Positions 14,213 to 26,162 of a stretch of 64,000 nucleotides of DNA are shown here, in pieces. This DNA comes from Vermamoeba vermiformis (taxonomy: Eukaryota), in the NCBI GenBank assembly GCA_045837725.1, contig JBEWZL010000246.1, positions 62,001-126,000 on the forward strand, in the 5' to 3' direction. The notes beneath the pieces are model-generated. The model was not told the origin of the DNA. It did not search any database and saw only the letters and a list, made by a program, of their open reading frames with translations. Positions within the stretch are counted from its first letter, which is position 1; every line of letters begins with the position of its first letter. Position numbers and translations under genes: made by a program.

Positions 14213-16490
14213 TTAAAACAACAAACACAAGGCAATCGCTAGCGCGTAAATAATGCCAGAGAACATCGTGAGATTGGCACTCGACGTGACAGGCACAGAA
14301 GAAGGCTTACTCGGAGTAGTTGTTGGATTCGTTTGAGGTTCATTTGATGGGGCCAAAGGACTGTCAGGAGGTGTGACTGGCGCAACAGGTGCAGGCAACA
14401 ATTGACCTAGTGTCTCGGTGCCTGAACCCATTGTTTTGAGCTCGTAGAACGATCGATCCGGATCCGGATTATTAACATCAGGATTAACGATTTCGTCCAT
14501 TAACGTCGTATTAGATGATGCGCTAATGAAGTGTCGAACAGCTTCCACCGCTCGTGGTTCATTTTGCGTGGTCGAGTTTGTGCCTGAAATTTCAATTTCA
14601 AGTTCTGCGAATTCTGGGAATGATTGTCGCTTGGTAAACTGAATATAAGTAATATTAAGTACGGTGAGTCGTCCGTATGAAATTCCGAGCAGGTTGTAAA
14701 TCTGATCCAAGATCAAGGCAGTTTCGTTCGCATCCAGTTGTCGGCCAGTTACGAATTGCAACGATATGGTTAAATCTTGCGAGCATAATTTACTAGTGTC
14801 ACTAGTATTGAAACTGACTTCGTAATTGCCCAAGCGCCACGTGAGTGTCAACGGATCAGCGGATTCAAATCCGACGGAAAAAGCACTTGCCGGATAGAAC
14901 CCTTAAAATAAATGAATATTAACAACACGTTTATGGATCCATATTATAGTAATTTCATCGATAATGTCAAAAGAAAACTTTGTTGGGTGGGATCTAGATC
15001 CAAAAATGACAGGTGTCAAAAATTCTGAGAATATTTTACGCACCAGTACGACCAGGCTGGAAAGTTTCCGGCAAATCTACGGGACTATAACCATAAAAGG
15101 CATTATCAACTCCTAGTGGGATAGCTACCAGTTCATTTTCATTACTTTGATAGCCGTAGTACGCTTCGTACATTCCGGGTCCGGTTTGTTCGTAACATTC
15201 CAAAATAGGAATAACATTGTTCGTGCGGACTATATATAAAAACCGTTAATAATGATTAAAAATAAGTTTTAAAATTTCTTACTCGGGATGCAAGGAGTAG
15301 TTCCATCGCCAAAATATCCTGCTGGACACGAACAAGCTACTGTATTATTGTTTGAAAATACGTCGCATTGTGCTCCAGGATCGCACGTGGCAAGGCAACC
15401 TAAAAATAGCAATTAAATAAATAAATAACGGCAAAATTATTGGCAAAGCGAATTAATTCAGGAAATGATTTGAAATCTGATAGATTTACCTGCAGTAGTA
15501 GTAAAAGACCAATCAGTAATTTGTTGATTCATATAGCCTGCTGCTACACCGCCAGAAAAGCCAACGTAGCCAGTGTAACCGGGCCAATTTAAGACCTGGC
15601 CGATATCTTTTGTAAAAGTATAGGAGGCGTTTCCATCAATAACAATCTATAATATAATAATGAGTCAGCTCGGGTTGATTAGAATCAAGATTCGTATCGG
15701 GTGGCTTCCGATGTTTGGTTTTGGTAGATTTACCTCCCAAGTGGCAGGACTCGTGAATGTAATGCCAATAGTATGCGGACCACTGCACCGAAGATTCTTC
15801 ATGGCATTATCGACACTAGTGCTGTTTTGAACGCAGTGTGTCGTGTCGTCTTTGAGAGATCCGTGGCCAAGATTGGATGCCGAATTTCTAATTCACAAAA
15901 TTAATAATATCCTTAATATATAGAGAATACGTTTAACGTGACTCCAGAATAATCATGATTTGGTATATTATGCCCAAGGCGTTGAAACTTACACCGCGCA
16001 AACGGTCAGAATGTCGCTGACCAGAATAAATCCAACTGCCGCTAAGTTCGAGGAGTCGGTTATGCCAATAGAACTGCCAACAGGTGGAGTAAACGGCGCA
16101 GGTAGTTGAGGGAACAAAACAAAAGCGAATCTGAGTTAAAATTAGATCCGATTAATCGGAAAAAAATCCCGACTAGAAAAAAATTGCTAAACAGCATATT
16201 AATACATACCCGTCAGCACCAAGATAACTGGGATCGCAATTAGTAATATCTATCGTAAATTGGGTGGTAAATCCGTTGCCGAGCAGTAAGGGCTGTTTAT
16301 AAAAGACAATAGCGCCCGCAAGATCACCTTCTTGACTAACAGCTAAGCCACTGCCATTAATTACACCAGATCCGTATGCAACGAAGTCAGTAGCATTGAA
16401 GTTCGGACTCGAGTAACTGAAAGACGCGGCTCTAGCTTCGTGAAGGAGCAATAAAATAGCCGCAATAAATAAAGCAGCTTTAAGCATCAT
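14213..16490 (-). CDS. Surface protein D: signal - L-type lectin-like - EGF-like - shared domain - stalk - GPI signal
   Basis: GFTTQFTI..GADGFAFV and GYVGFSGG (legume-lectin motifs); CSCPAGYFGDG.TPC (EGF); PILECYEQ..YEAYYGY..FQPGRT..LTWRLG; TSSA followed by a hydrophobic tail. Confidence 0.82.
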
Positions 16491-16933
16491 ATTGCGTGCT
16501 GTTTTCTTGTTAGAGAAAGGTAAAAAAATGACCCGAAATTCTCGTGTCAAATCTTTTTTCGATTCGTTCCCAGGGTAACTATTTCCTGCGAATAGAATAT
16601 GAGTGTTGAAACGTAAACCGCAGAGGCACGAATATAGGTATACTTCAATCGGTCTATGAGGTTATACCGAAACAAATACTTGATGACACGTGTCACTTTT
16701 CAGATCGCGTATCTTTGAAGGTCCAAAAATAGAACAAAAAGTACATACCCCGTCCCAATCACTTTCTTTGCTTCGAAATGACCCATTAGTTGCTGTCATA
16801 GTCGAAACGTAGAACAAGATCTATTTCACTCGGATCGAAAATGATTAGGGTTCGCTACCCTGGTAATATCTCGGAATATTATAAGAAGGAAAAACCTGAT
16901 GATTAATTCAATAATTTAATTTATTGAATAATC

Positions 16934-19115
16934 TTAAGAAGTAGCGATCACGAGAATTAGAACGTTACCGAGGGTAACTGCCACGACGGATGTGGCACTC
17001 GAAGTGACAGTTATGGTAGGAGCTGCTGAATTTGTTGGCGCCACTGGCTGAGGAACTACTTGACCAACTGTCTCTGTGCCTGAGCTCGTTGTTTTGACCC
17101 CAAGAAAATTTCGATCTGGATCTTGGTTGTTCGGATCTGGATTAATCACTTCATTCATCCGCGTGGTATTAGTTGACGCATCAATTAAATTTTGAACAGC
17201 TTGTGCTGCTCGTGGTTCATTTTGCGTGGTCGAGTTTGTGCCTGAAATTTCGAGTTCAAGATCTGCTAGTTCTGTTGATGATTGTCGCTTCATATAAGCA
17301 CTATATGCAATACCGCGTATTGATATGCGTCCATATGATACTCCGATCAAGGTGTAAAGCTGATCCAAGATCAAAGATGTTTCGTTCGCATCCAGTTGTC
17401 GACCAGTTGTGAAGCGCAATAAGACCAATAAATCTTGCGAACATCTCTTAGTAAGGTCGTCAGTACGAAAACTGACTTCGTAGTCGCCCAAACGCCATGT
17501 CAGCGTGATTGGATCGGATGTGGGCAAGGTCAGTTCGGCCACGAAAGCATTAGCAGGATAAAAAGCTATTTCAAAGTAAAATTAATAAATTAGATTAAAT
17601 TATTCTCGCTTATTTAAGGCTAAATAATCATTAAAAGAAACAATTTTTAATCGTCGGATACTTTTTCCGATTTTGCTTAAAACCTACGTGTACGTCCAGG
17701 CAGAAAATATTCAGTCGGATCAATAGTGCCATTATATCCGTAGAATTCATTATTAACACCTCGTGGAATAATCACTGGTTGAATTTCCAAACTGTCGTAG
17801 CCGTAGTGAGCTTCGTATGAACCATCACCAAACTTTTCATAACATTCGAGAATAGGCACGATATTCGCACTCGAACGGACTAAACATTGCAATTGTATTA
17901 GATATCCAAATTAGGAAATCCAGAATTCTTACTCGGAATGCAAGGCGAATTTCCGTCGCCGACGTAACCCTCTGGACACGAGCAAAATGCAGTATTATTT
18001 ACAAAATTGCAAATTGCATTAGCAGCGCATGCGCCGGTGCATCCTATAATAAAATTATTATTTTACAGCAGGAGATCTCAGATGTGGCTACATCCAACTC
18101 GTTTTAGTGACGGAATACTTGTGTTCTATATTACCTGAATATGTAGCAAAAGACCAAGTTGCAATTTTTTGGTCCATCCAACCTGCTCCAACACCGCCAG
18201 AAAAACCAACGTAGCCCATGTAATTGCTATCGTTCCAGTTCAAGTTCTGAAGCAAGTCTTTTGAAAAAGGGTACGTATAGGTACTTTTGTGGTCAAATAC
18301 GATCTAATAATATAACGTATTAATTATTTGCGGCATAGAGAGTCAACTCTCGACTTTGATCTGGATTTACCTCCCAAAATCCGGGCTGCTGATAAGTAAT
18401 AGTAATAATATGCGATCCGTTGCAACGAAGATCCTTTAGCACGCTGTTCATATTAGTGTTCTGATAGCAGTGTGTCGTGTCGTCTTTCAGCGATCCACTT
18501 CCAAGATTAGCTGACGAGTTTCTACGGAAGAATTTTTAAAATAATAATCGTCAATAAATTGTAATAAGATTAAGTTATCATATAAGTTCAGTTTAAGCCC
18601 AGGCATTGAAACTTACACAGCGCAAACTGTCAAAATATCATTGACAAGGATGAAGCCGACCACAGCCAAGTTTGTCGATGTAGTAACACCAATATTACTA
18701 CCACCAGGTACGTAAAAAGGGGTCGCCGGAAGTTGCGGAAATAAAACAAACGCGAATCTGCAGAAACATTAATTAATTATTAAAATTAAATCAAATGTAT
18801 ATCGTACCCATCCGCTCCGCCATAATTGCTATCACAATTAGTGATTTGAATGACGAATTCGGTGGTAAATCCGTTGCCCAGTGGAACGGGCTGGTTGTAG
18901 AAAATAACCGTTCCAAATGGATCTCCTTTTTGCGTTAGTATTAATCCACTGCCATTAACAAAACCAGAGCCATAAGATGTGAAATTGCTAGGAGTAAAAG
19001 GATTGCTCTGTGGATCAAGCGCGTCGTAGTAAAATGAAGCGGATGGACTAGACGATCTAGTTTGCTGAAGCAACAATACAACGGCAGCGATAAATAACAC
19101 AACCCTTAATTGCAT
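16934..19115 (-). CDS. Surface protein E, paralog of D (L-lectin-like, EGF, shared domain, GPI signal)
   Basis: Same exon layout as D: GGADG/FAFV, GYVGFSGG, CSCPEGYVGDG.SPC, PILECYEK..FLPGRT..LTWRLG. Confidence 0.82.
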
Positions 19116-19561
19116 TGTGCTAATGTCCGTGCTAAAATATGTAAACTGATTCAGATTTTGTGTCCGTTTCGCTCACACCCGTTTGATCTGACACACTTTA
19201 AAAATCACTTGGTGTTTTTCGATGCAATTTATCAACAATTTGTGCTTTAAAACTTAAATTCATTATTTCACCAAAATATCTATTAAACTCCACAAAAGAA
19301 TTCGATCTAGTATTGTCGCAACTCCGTTCGTTAATCCCGAACGAACAACATCGCGATCCATTTAAGTATTATAGTGGAGCCCATAACGAAATATGATTTG
19401 ACAGTGCACGTCCTATCGTAAAGTTGCAGAAGCGGTAAATCCGGATTCCAAAGTCCAAAAATGGAAATTTCGTCAGCAGACAGTTTTCAAAGAATTGCCT
19501 GCCGTTATTTATCGTCAATTCTGGAGATAGATAGCGTCTAATGAAGCGAACTGCAAGCATA

Positions 19562-20746
19562 ATGGATGAGGACGTGGATTCAGTACTTAAGAAGAGACAT
19601 AAACCAGATTCGGGTAATAAAAACTAATTCAGTCTGCAACAAATATTTATCCGATAATAATAATAATTATTCTAGTAATATTAAGATCGATAAAAAAATT
19701 ATTTGAATGAAATCGAAAAATTAACTATTTTTTTCAGGATCGTGCGACGCTTTTCCTTCAGAGATTTGGCAAGATATAGCTAAGTTATTATTACATCGCC
19801 CTAAACATATGAATCGAGCGCTCCGTTGTCAGACATCGCTCAGCTTAACTTGCAAAAATTTGTACCAAATCATTGCTAAGATCCGGCACCAAAGAAGCTC
19901 GCAATTATGGCCTACATTCTACGAAAAAGTTTTGAAACCTATGGACGCCCTTAATTTCAATCAAATGTTCAATAAGTCCGTCCAGGTTATTTTTAAAAAA
20001 TAATTAGAGCTAATTATGTATTTTAAGGTTGAACGAATTTGGTGCCCGGAAATTAGAAGTATGGGATGGAGAATTTAATATGTTAATATGTCCTATAGAT
20101 GGCAGGATACTGCATCATTACGGAGAATTCGGAGAAATTTACACGTGCGACTCTTGCGTTAAAACAAACGGCGAAGATTGGCGAATAATATGGCACTTAG
20201 ATTATGACTCGTTTATATGCGGAGGTTGTCAGAAACAAACACCGTTCACGTCGTTCAAATGCGAGCTCTGTCAACAATCGTACTGCAAATCCTGCCAAAA
20301 AGACAAAAAATTTCCCGGCGTCGTGTATTGTGCCGAAGATTCAACTTACTGCAAGAACTGTGCGACATTTTGCGACCATTGCGCTGATTGGGGTGCTGTA
20401 AGTACGCTACTCAATTTAAAACATAAAAAAAATCTTATCAATAACTAGGGTTAAAACACCGATAATTTAAGTTTGTGATGGGGCTAAATAATTCAAAAAA
20501 TTGAAATTTCAATCTAAATCACGAATTTTTGTACGCAACAAGTGGCAAAGTTTTGACCTGTAATTGTTTCGTTAGCTTCAAGATGAAAAGTGTGAAAAAT
20601 GTGGTACTCACCAATGCGAACGATGTGCTGATCGAGGATGCTCGATGGGAGATAAAGACAGCGGTTCGTATTATTCAGGCGGCGATGATGATGAAGACGA
20701 AGAAAACGCGGAAGACGAAGATGATGATGAGAATGACGAACAATAA
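19562..20746 (+). CDS. F-box-like protein with Cys-rich (CxxC) region and acidic tail
   Basis: AFPSEIWQDIAKLL..LSLTCKNLY (F-box-like); repeated CxxC pairs (CDSC, CGGC, CELC, CKSC, CKNC, CDHC, CEKC, CERC); ends GGDDDEDEENAEDEDDDENDEQ*. Confidence 0.6.
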
Positions 20747-20832
20747 TGACAAGGACGATGAATAATATCAAAAAGAGTACTTTCAATGGTGATAAACGAA
20801 TCGAAAAATTAACCGTTGTTAAATTTCGTAGC

Positions 20833-21269
20833 TTAAAATAAGGGTTCGAGTATTTATAAATTTAGGGTACCCTAAATTCATTTGTATTAAATTTTGCAAT
20901 GAGCACCACAAGTCGTATGACAACTCCCAATATTAACGCACCAGCAATGTACAAACATACATACAGGCGTTGAGGCTGGTACCGGGATCGTCCATTAATT
21001 GTGGTGCTCGATTAGCAAAATTAGCACGAAATATGGTGATAAATATATGCATAAGTTACGTCGAAAATGCCTACTGTGCCGTTCGGCAGCGGACAATTAT
21101 TGGGTCCTTTGATAGCGTACAAAAACTAATTTCTTGATTTTTGCTTGTGGTGCTCGCAGCCAAATTACCGAAAAAAATTGAAATTTGTTCTTGGTTTTAG
21201 CGGTGGCGAGCCAAATTAGTAAGGAGACTCTATATTTGGGTATTATTTATATTCGAACCCTTATTTTAA
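20833..21269. mobile_element. Candidate MITE (17-bp perfect terminal inverted repeat)
   Basis: TTAAAATAAGGGTTCGA at 20833-20849 and its exact reverse complement at 21253-21269; no convincing ORF between; both ends read TTAA. Confidence 0.35.
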
Positions 21270-21454
21270 TGTTAGGCAGAGTAGATTTACGTACGCTATT
21301 CATGCTGGCAACTGCCCTCAGAGCATATTCTTCTTGCTAAAGCCGATGCAAATGACCAAACTGCGATCAAGTTAATTTATTACAAATGTAATACGAACCA
21401 TTGAATCATCATCGTTGCACACACGACGGCACTACTGATTGTCACATCTGAGTG

Positions 21455-21520
21455 GTGCCCTCGGCTTATTTTGCTGAGTTTATGCCTGAAATTTCTAGTT
21501 CTGTTGCTGTTGTCGCTTCA
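21455..21520 (-). pseudogene. Degenerate fragment of the D/E surface-protein family
   Basis: gagtttatgcctgaaattt and ctagttctgttgctgttgtcgcttca align to 17232-17292 of paralog E with small deletions. Confidence 0.5.
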
Positions 21521-21633
21521 AATTTGTAGCATTAAAATAAATAATCGCAAAGTAACCTTGAGTATATAAAATAAACCATAATCTTATATTCAAGAACTTA
21601 CGCTATAACTAATGAAGATTCATGCATTGCCAA

Positions 21634-22904
21634 CTATTCTTTGATCTGACGGACAGCAGATGTACGTCGAAACACTACCCAGCAAGTCAACAGGGCTACA
21701 AGAGCCAATACAATCGATGATTCGGGGCCAAATAGTACGTCTTGTGTTATAATATTATCTGAAAGAATAGAGAACGAGTTAGAAGAGTGATTGGTGGTAA
21801 ACACATCCGAATTTTTTTTTACGTACTGTAAGTCACGCGCCAAATCGACGATTTGAATTTAACTCCGCTCACTGAATCTCCGAATACATTTCCAATGGTA
21901 AAATTCCAAGCTGCATGCAAACCAATTGAGATCCAGAGACCATCGTTGCGAGATCTCGGAATAGTGAACATGATCCCACATATCATAAGCGAGATAAAGC
22001 TTCGCCAAGTTACGTTAGGATTTATCAAATGAAGACTTGAGAAAAAGATGTTGACAATGGCCACCGAGGTCAAATCTAGTAAGGATCTGGTTAGTGATGC
22101 AGCCAAGCGGTCTGAGAGGCTTACCGCTAAAATTTTCTCGTAAATTAGTGAACCAATATCCTCGACAAATAATTTCTTCGCTAATTGAGTGCATTATTGT
22201 GCCGATAAAGTACACGAAGATCTGTCATAGAAAATTAATTATGGTTAGCATCGTCTAATACACTTACCGTTACGATAGATATACCCTCAAAGTGTACGTT
22301 TATCAGATCAAATCCATAATTTAATAAATAATAGCCTGCTGTCTGAGAAAAAAATTGTCAGTCCAAAGATCTCGCTAATGCTTTCAAGTTTCTTACAATT
22401 ATGCTAGCCATAATGTAGCCACTAAATAGCAATACAATATGGCGTTTCATATTCGCAAGAATATTTCGTCGATTTTGCCCGCCAAAACTGATCGCGTAAA
22501 ACTCTGATTTTGTTCGCATGTCAAGCAATAAAAACGACCAATAAGTCGATAATATGCCTATAATCATAGCGATAAATCGCATCATAAGGAAGTGCCAAGC
22601 ATCAAACCGGTAATAATAGTCTTGCAGTTGATTCGAATCCGCATCTCCAGATGTCACGGGAATACTCTCGAATTGTGATGGCCCCGAGCTATGCAATATT
22701 AGTCGATGCTACCATAAAGCCCATAGTTGATGCCAAAGAAAAACAGTAAGCGCCATCCTAAAAACAATATTTAAAATTATTTTAAAAGGCCCGCAACATT
22801 ATTATTGCGATTAATTTATATAATACAATATATTCATAGCTTTATTTTGCTTTGCAATAATTAATTTCTAAACTTACCAAGACGCAAACGAAAATCTTTG
22901 CCAT
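21634..22904 (-). CDS. CPBP (CAAX protease type II/Abi) intramembrane metalloprotease
   Basis: EEIICRG, FSSLH, HAAWN motifs and FGPESS; the overlapping ORFs join through GT-AG introns. Confidence 0.88.
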
Positions 22905-23028
22905 CCTTTTCCTCCCAATACAATTTATTCAATAAGTCGTGATTTATTATTGTCATAATGAATATAATATTATTACATTTGCATCTTTTGTTCGACGCTG
23001 GTGCTCTGATAAATTAAATTACAAAAAA

Positions 23029-23268
23029 TTAACAGCCGCGGAACCTTCTGGCCATAAATACAAAATCAGGTTCATTTGCATTAATTTTAGCTTCAGCCAC
23101 AGTTTGATCATCGTTCTTAAGCATCTGGCCTTTGTACACCAAAAACAAATCTATGTCGCCGATCGGATTGGCTTCTTTGACAATCGTCTTCAGCTCTCCA
23201 ATTGTCGTGGTAGGTTCAACCTTTACAGTGAAAACTTTACCATCAAAATTCTTTACTTTAATCTCCAT
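23029..23268 (-). CDS. Ubiquitin-like protein (single exon, ends RFRGC)
   Basis: MEIKVKNFDGKVFTVKVEPTTTIGELK..LVYKGQMLKNDDQTV parallels ubiquitin [33 protein letters not shown]. Confidence 0.85.
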   Translation of the reverse strand: MEIKVKNFDGKVFTVKVEPTTTIGELKTIVKEANPIGDIDLFLVYKGQMLKNDDQTVAEAKINANEPDFVFMARRFRGC

Positions 23269-23488
23269 CGCTGACCTTTTCACGAATGAAATTGAAGGTC
23301 TTTGGATTCAGTTTCAAATGGAATGGATTCCGTCTGATTGATTTCGATCAAAGACCTGTTTTTAAAATAACCTTACGAAATGTACCATCCTAAAAATTTA
23401 CGAACAGGTTCATCACGTGGTTCCAAGACAAAAAAGTTCGTTGCGAATCCGTTGTAAAATCACAACAACAAAGAACAACACATTCATC

Positions 23489-26048
23489 ATGGAGAGCAAA
23501 AATAGCTCATCATTAAGCCTCAACGTTCCTGATCGCAAAGACAAGGACAAGAAGCATAAGGACAAAGACAAGAGCGGCCACAGATCTCACCGGGAATCCA
23601 CTAGCGGTACTAGCCCTCGCCCCGATATTACCGAAGACATTTTATCGAAGCAAACTGGTATTGTCCATAATAAGGGTGCTAACGAGTGCCCCATTGAATT
23701 TGTAACGGTCTACTCCGATCGAGCGGAAGTTACCCGCCGAGTTAATGCTGTTATCGAAAAAGAAGGTACGCCTATTCTAACCTAATTATTTGCACGTTGA
23801 AAATAATTTATCAGAATTATTTAAGATTTTACAACCGAAATTTAATTCCGTGCGTAAATCCAAAAAGGTCTTTAATGATTATTGTGGGCTTGTTCGGTAA
23901 TATTTTACTAATTCGATTGCGATAGGTGTTCAGCAAATCGTAATTAGTGGTCTTTCAGAAAAAGGTACGTTATTAGCCTCGATATTTTGCTTCTAAAAAT
24001 AGTCGCAATTTAGATGTGGCTAATAAGATTCATTTTAGTTGATCCCAACAGTGTCCGCGTGTCAGGTGGTGCCGGTAAGGCTACTATCCTCGAAGTTTCC
24101 TACGAGAACAAGCACCACTCTATTCCCGGCGAAACTCCGTCTCAACAGCTTTTGGATGAGCAAAAGAAACTCGACCGAGAGCTTCAAAAATTGCAAAACC
24201 TTAGATCTAGAATCGATGTAAGCTTACCTATATTATTATTACCGCATTTCAAATTATTTAACCTGAATTTTTTGTCGCGTGTACTGGATTTGAATCTGAT
24301 TTTTTTTCGCCTTAGGAACAACGCAACTGGCTCAAGAATTTCTCTGATGGCAAGCAAAAGATCAACGAGCACAACAAGATGAGCTTGGAAGATGTTGCTC
24401 AGTTCATGAAGTTCTATTTGGACAACTTGAACAACATCGACGCTGAGACCGAAAAACTCGATCTGGCCATGGAAGGTAAATATTAATCTATAATATTACT
24501 AAATTATCATTCGCTTTCTATTATAATCACGTTAATAGAGCTATGATAATGTTTTGAACTAATTTAAATCCTTTTTAGAGCTCCGCGAAAAGAGAAACAA
24601 ATTGAACACGGAAATTTCCACGAAACAAATCAGCCGCAGCGAGTACCGCCGTGAAATTACCATCACGGTCTACGCTCCTGGACCAACAGATCTGGTCTTG
24701 CAAGTGAGCTACATTGTGCACGGTGCCTCGTTCAACAGTTCTTATGACGTGCGTGTCTCGACCAAGAGCGGCACTCCCACGTGTCAATTGCACTATTATG
24801 GTGTCATTACCAACACGACTGGCGAGGACTGGAAAGACGTCAACATGTCACTTTCCACTGCCAAGCCCTCGTTGGGCGGTCACCCTCCTGACTTGCCAAC
24901 TGCTTACGTCAAGTACCGCGAGGAGGTCCCTGGTAAGTACTTAAGATAGACTATCTTTGCATAAATTTACTAACGAATTCTGGCAATCTTTTCCAGTCCC
25001 CATGTACTCGCCTGCTTTGGAACGACAATACTCCACCGAAGAATTGTTCTACGAGAAAGAGATGAAAGCTCCTCCTCGAAGAAAGAACTATTCGCTGAAA
25101 AGGAAAGAAGCGTCTTATGACGACGAAGAGGAGGATTACGACTCGGGTAGCGATGAATACAGGGCCCCTAGCATTAATGTCATGACTACACGTGTTGAGA
25201 CTGCTATGGGTAGCGCGACTTACCATATCCCTCGTGCTTGCTCTGTAGCTGCTGATAACAAGCCTCACAAGGTAAGTCACATCCGCCAGATTCAGATCCG
25301 ATCCTCTGAACCATTTTTATTACGAAATATTTTATTATTACTATGATGGATATCTTCGTGCATCATATTAATAGTTAATGGTTAGGTCTCCGTCATCTTG
25401 TTGGACTTGACCGTTGACATTTCGTACGTGTCAGTTCCAGCCCTGGCCGCACGTGCCTACATGAAAGCCATGGCCAAAAACACTTCGCAGTACCAACTCT
25501 TGCCGGGCTCTATCAACGTGTTCTTAGACAACATCTTCTTGACGCAATCGAGCTTGAAGTTCACTAACCCCGGTGAAGAGTTCGAGTTGTACTTGGGCGT
25601 GGACGAGTCGATTAAGGTCGAATTGAAGCCCGCTGAATTGGTCAAGGGCAAGACTGGTATCATCAAGAAGACTCGCACTCACGATATGAAGAACTGGATC
25701 GTCATTAAGAACACTAAGACTACTCCTGTAAGTATCACAAATCGATCAGATCCGCGGATCCAGATCAACCATCAACATTGCTCAAATTCTCTAACATAGT
25801 CCTGTATTAACATACCTTTCTTATATTAGGTCAAAATTACCGTCAAGGATCAATTGCCTTTGTCCAACAACGAGCAGATCAAGGTCAAGTTGAACGAGCC
25901 CCAAGTCGTTAAAGGCAACAACGCCTTCTTGATTGACGAGAACAACCATTTGGTCTGGAACATTACTATTGAGGGTGGCAAGGACACTAGACTCGCATAC
26001 CACTACACTATCGAGTACCCTGCTGAGAAGGAAATTGCTATTGTCTAA
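23489..26048 (+). CDS. DUF4140/DUF4139 (mucoidy inhibitor MuiA/F37C4.5-like) protein
   Basis: VTVYSDRAEVTR, NSVRVSG, coiled coil, SYIV..SYDVRV, NTTGEDWKDVNMSLSTA, LLPGSINVFLD, PGEEFELYLGVD, VKDQLPLS. Confidence 0.88.
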
Positions 26049-26162
26049 AAACGAACCAGATCCGTTCGTGAAACAAATGCTAAATTATTTATTATCACTG
26101 TAGTTTATTAGTAAAACGGTTTTATTTATATACTTTCAATGGGTCCTTTTAACACTGAAAAG

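Noticed and set aside
20740-20765. Possible frameshift extending the acidic tail (NNDKDDE)
   Set aside because: An in-frame TAA gives a plausible end; low-complexity sequence explains the second frame.
21634-22215. Three overlapping ORFs in different frames suggesting frameshifts in the CPBP gene
   Set aside because: Canonical GT-AG introns join them in frame.
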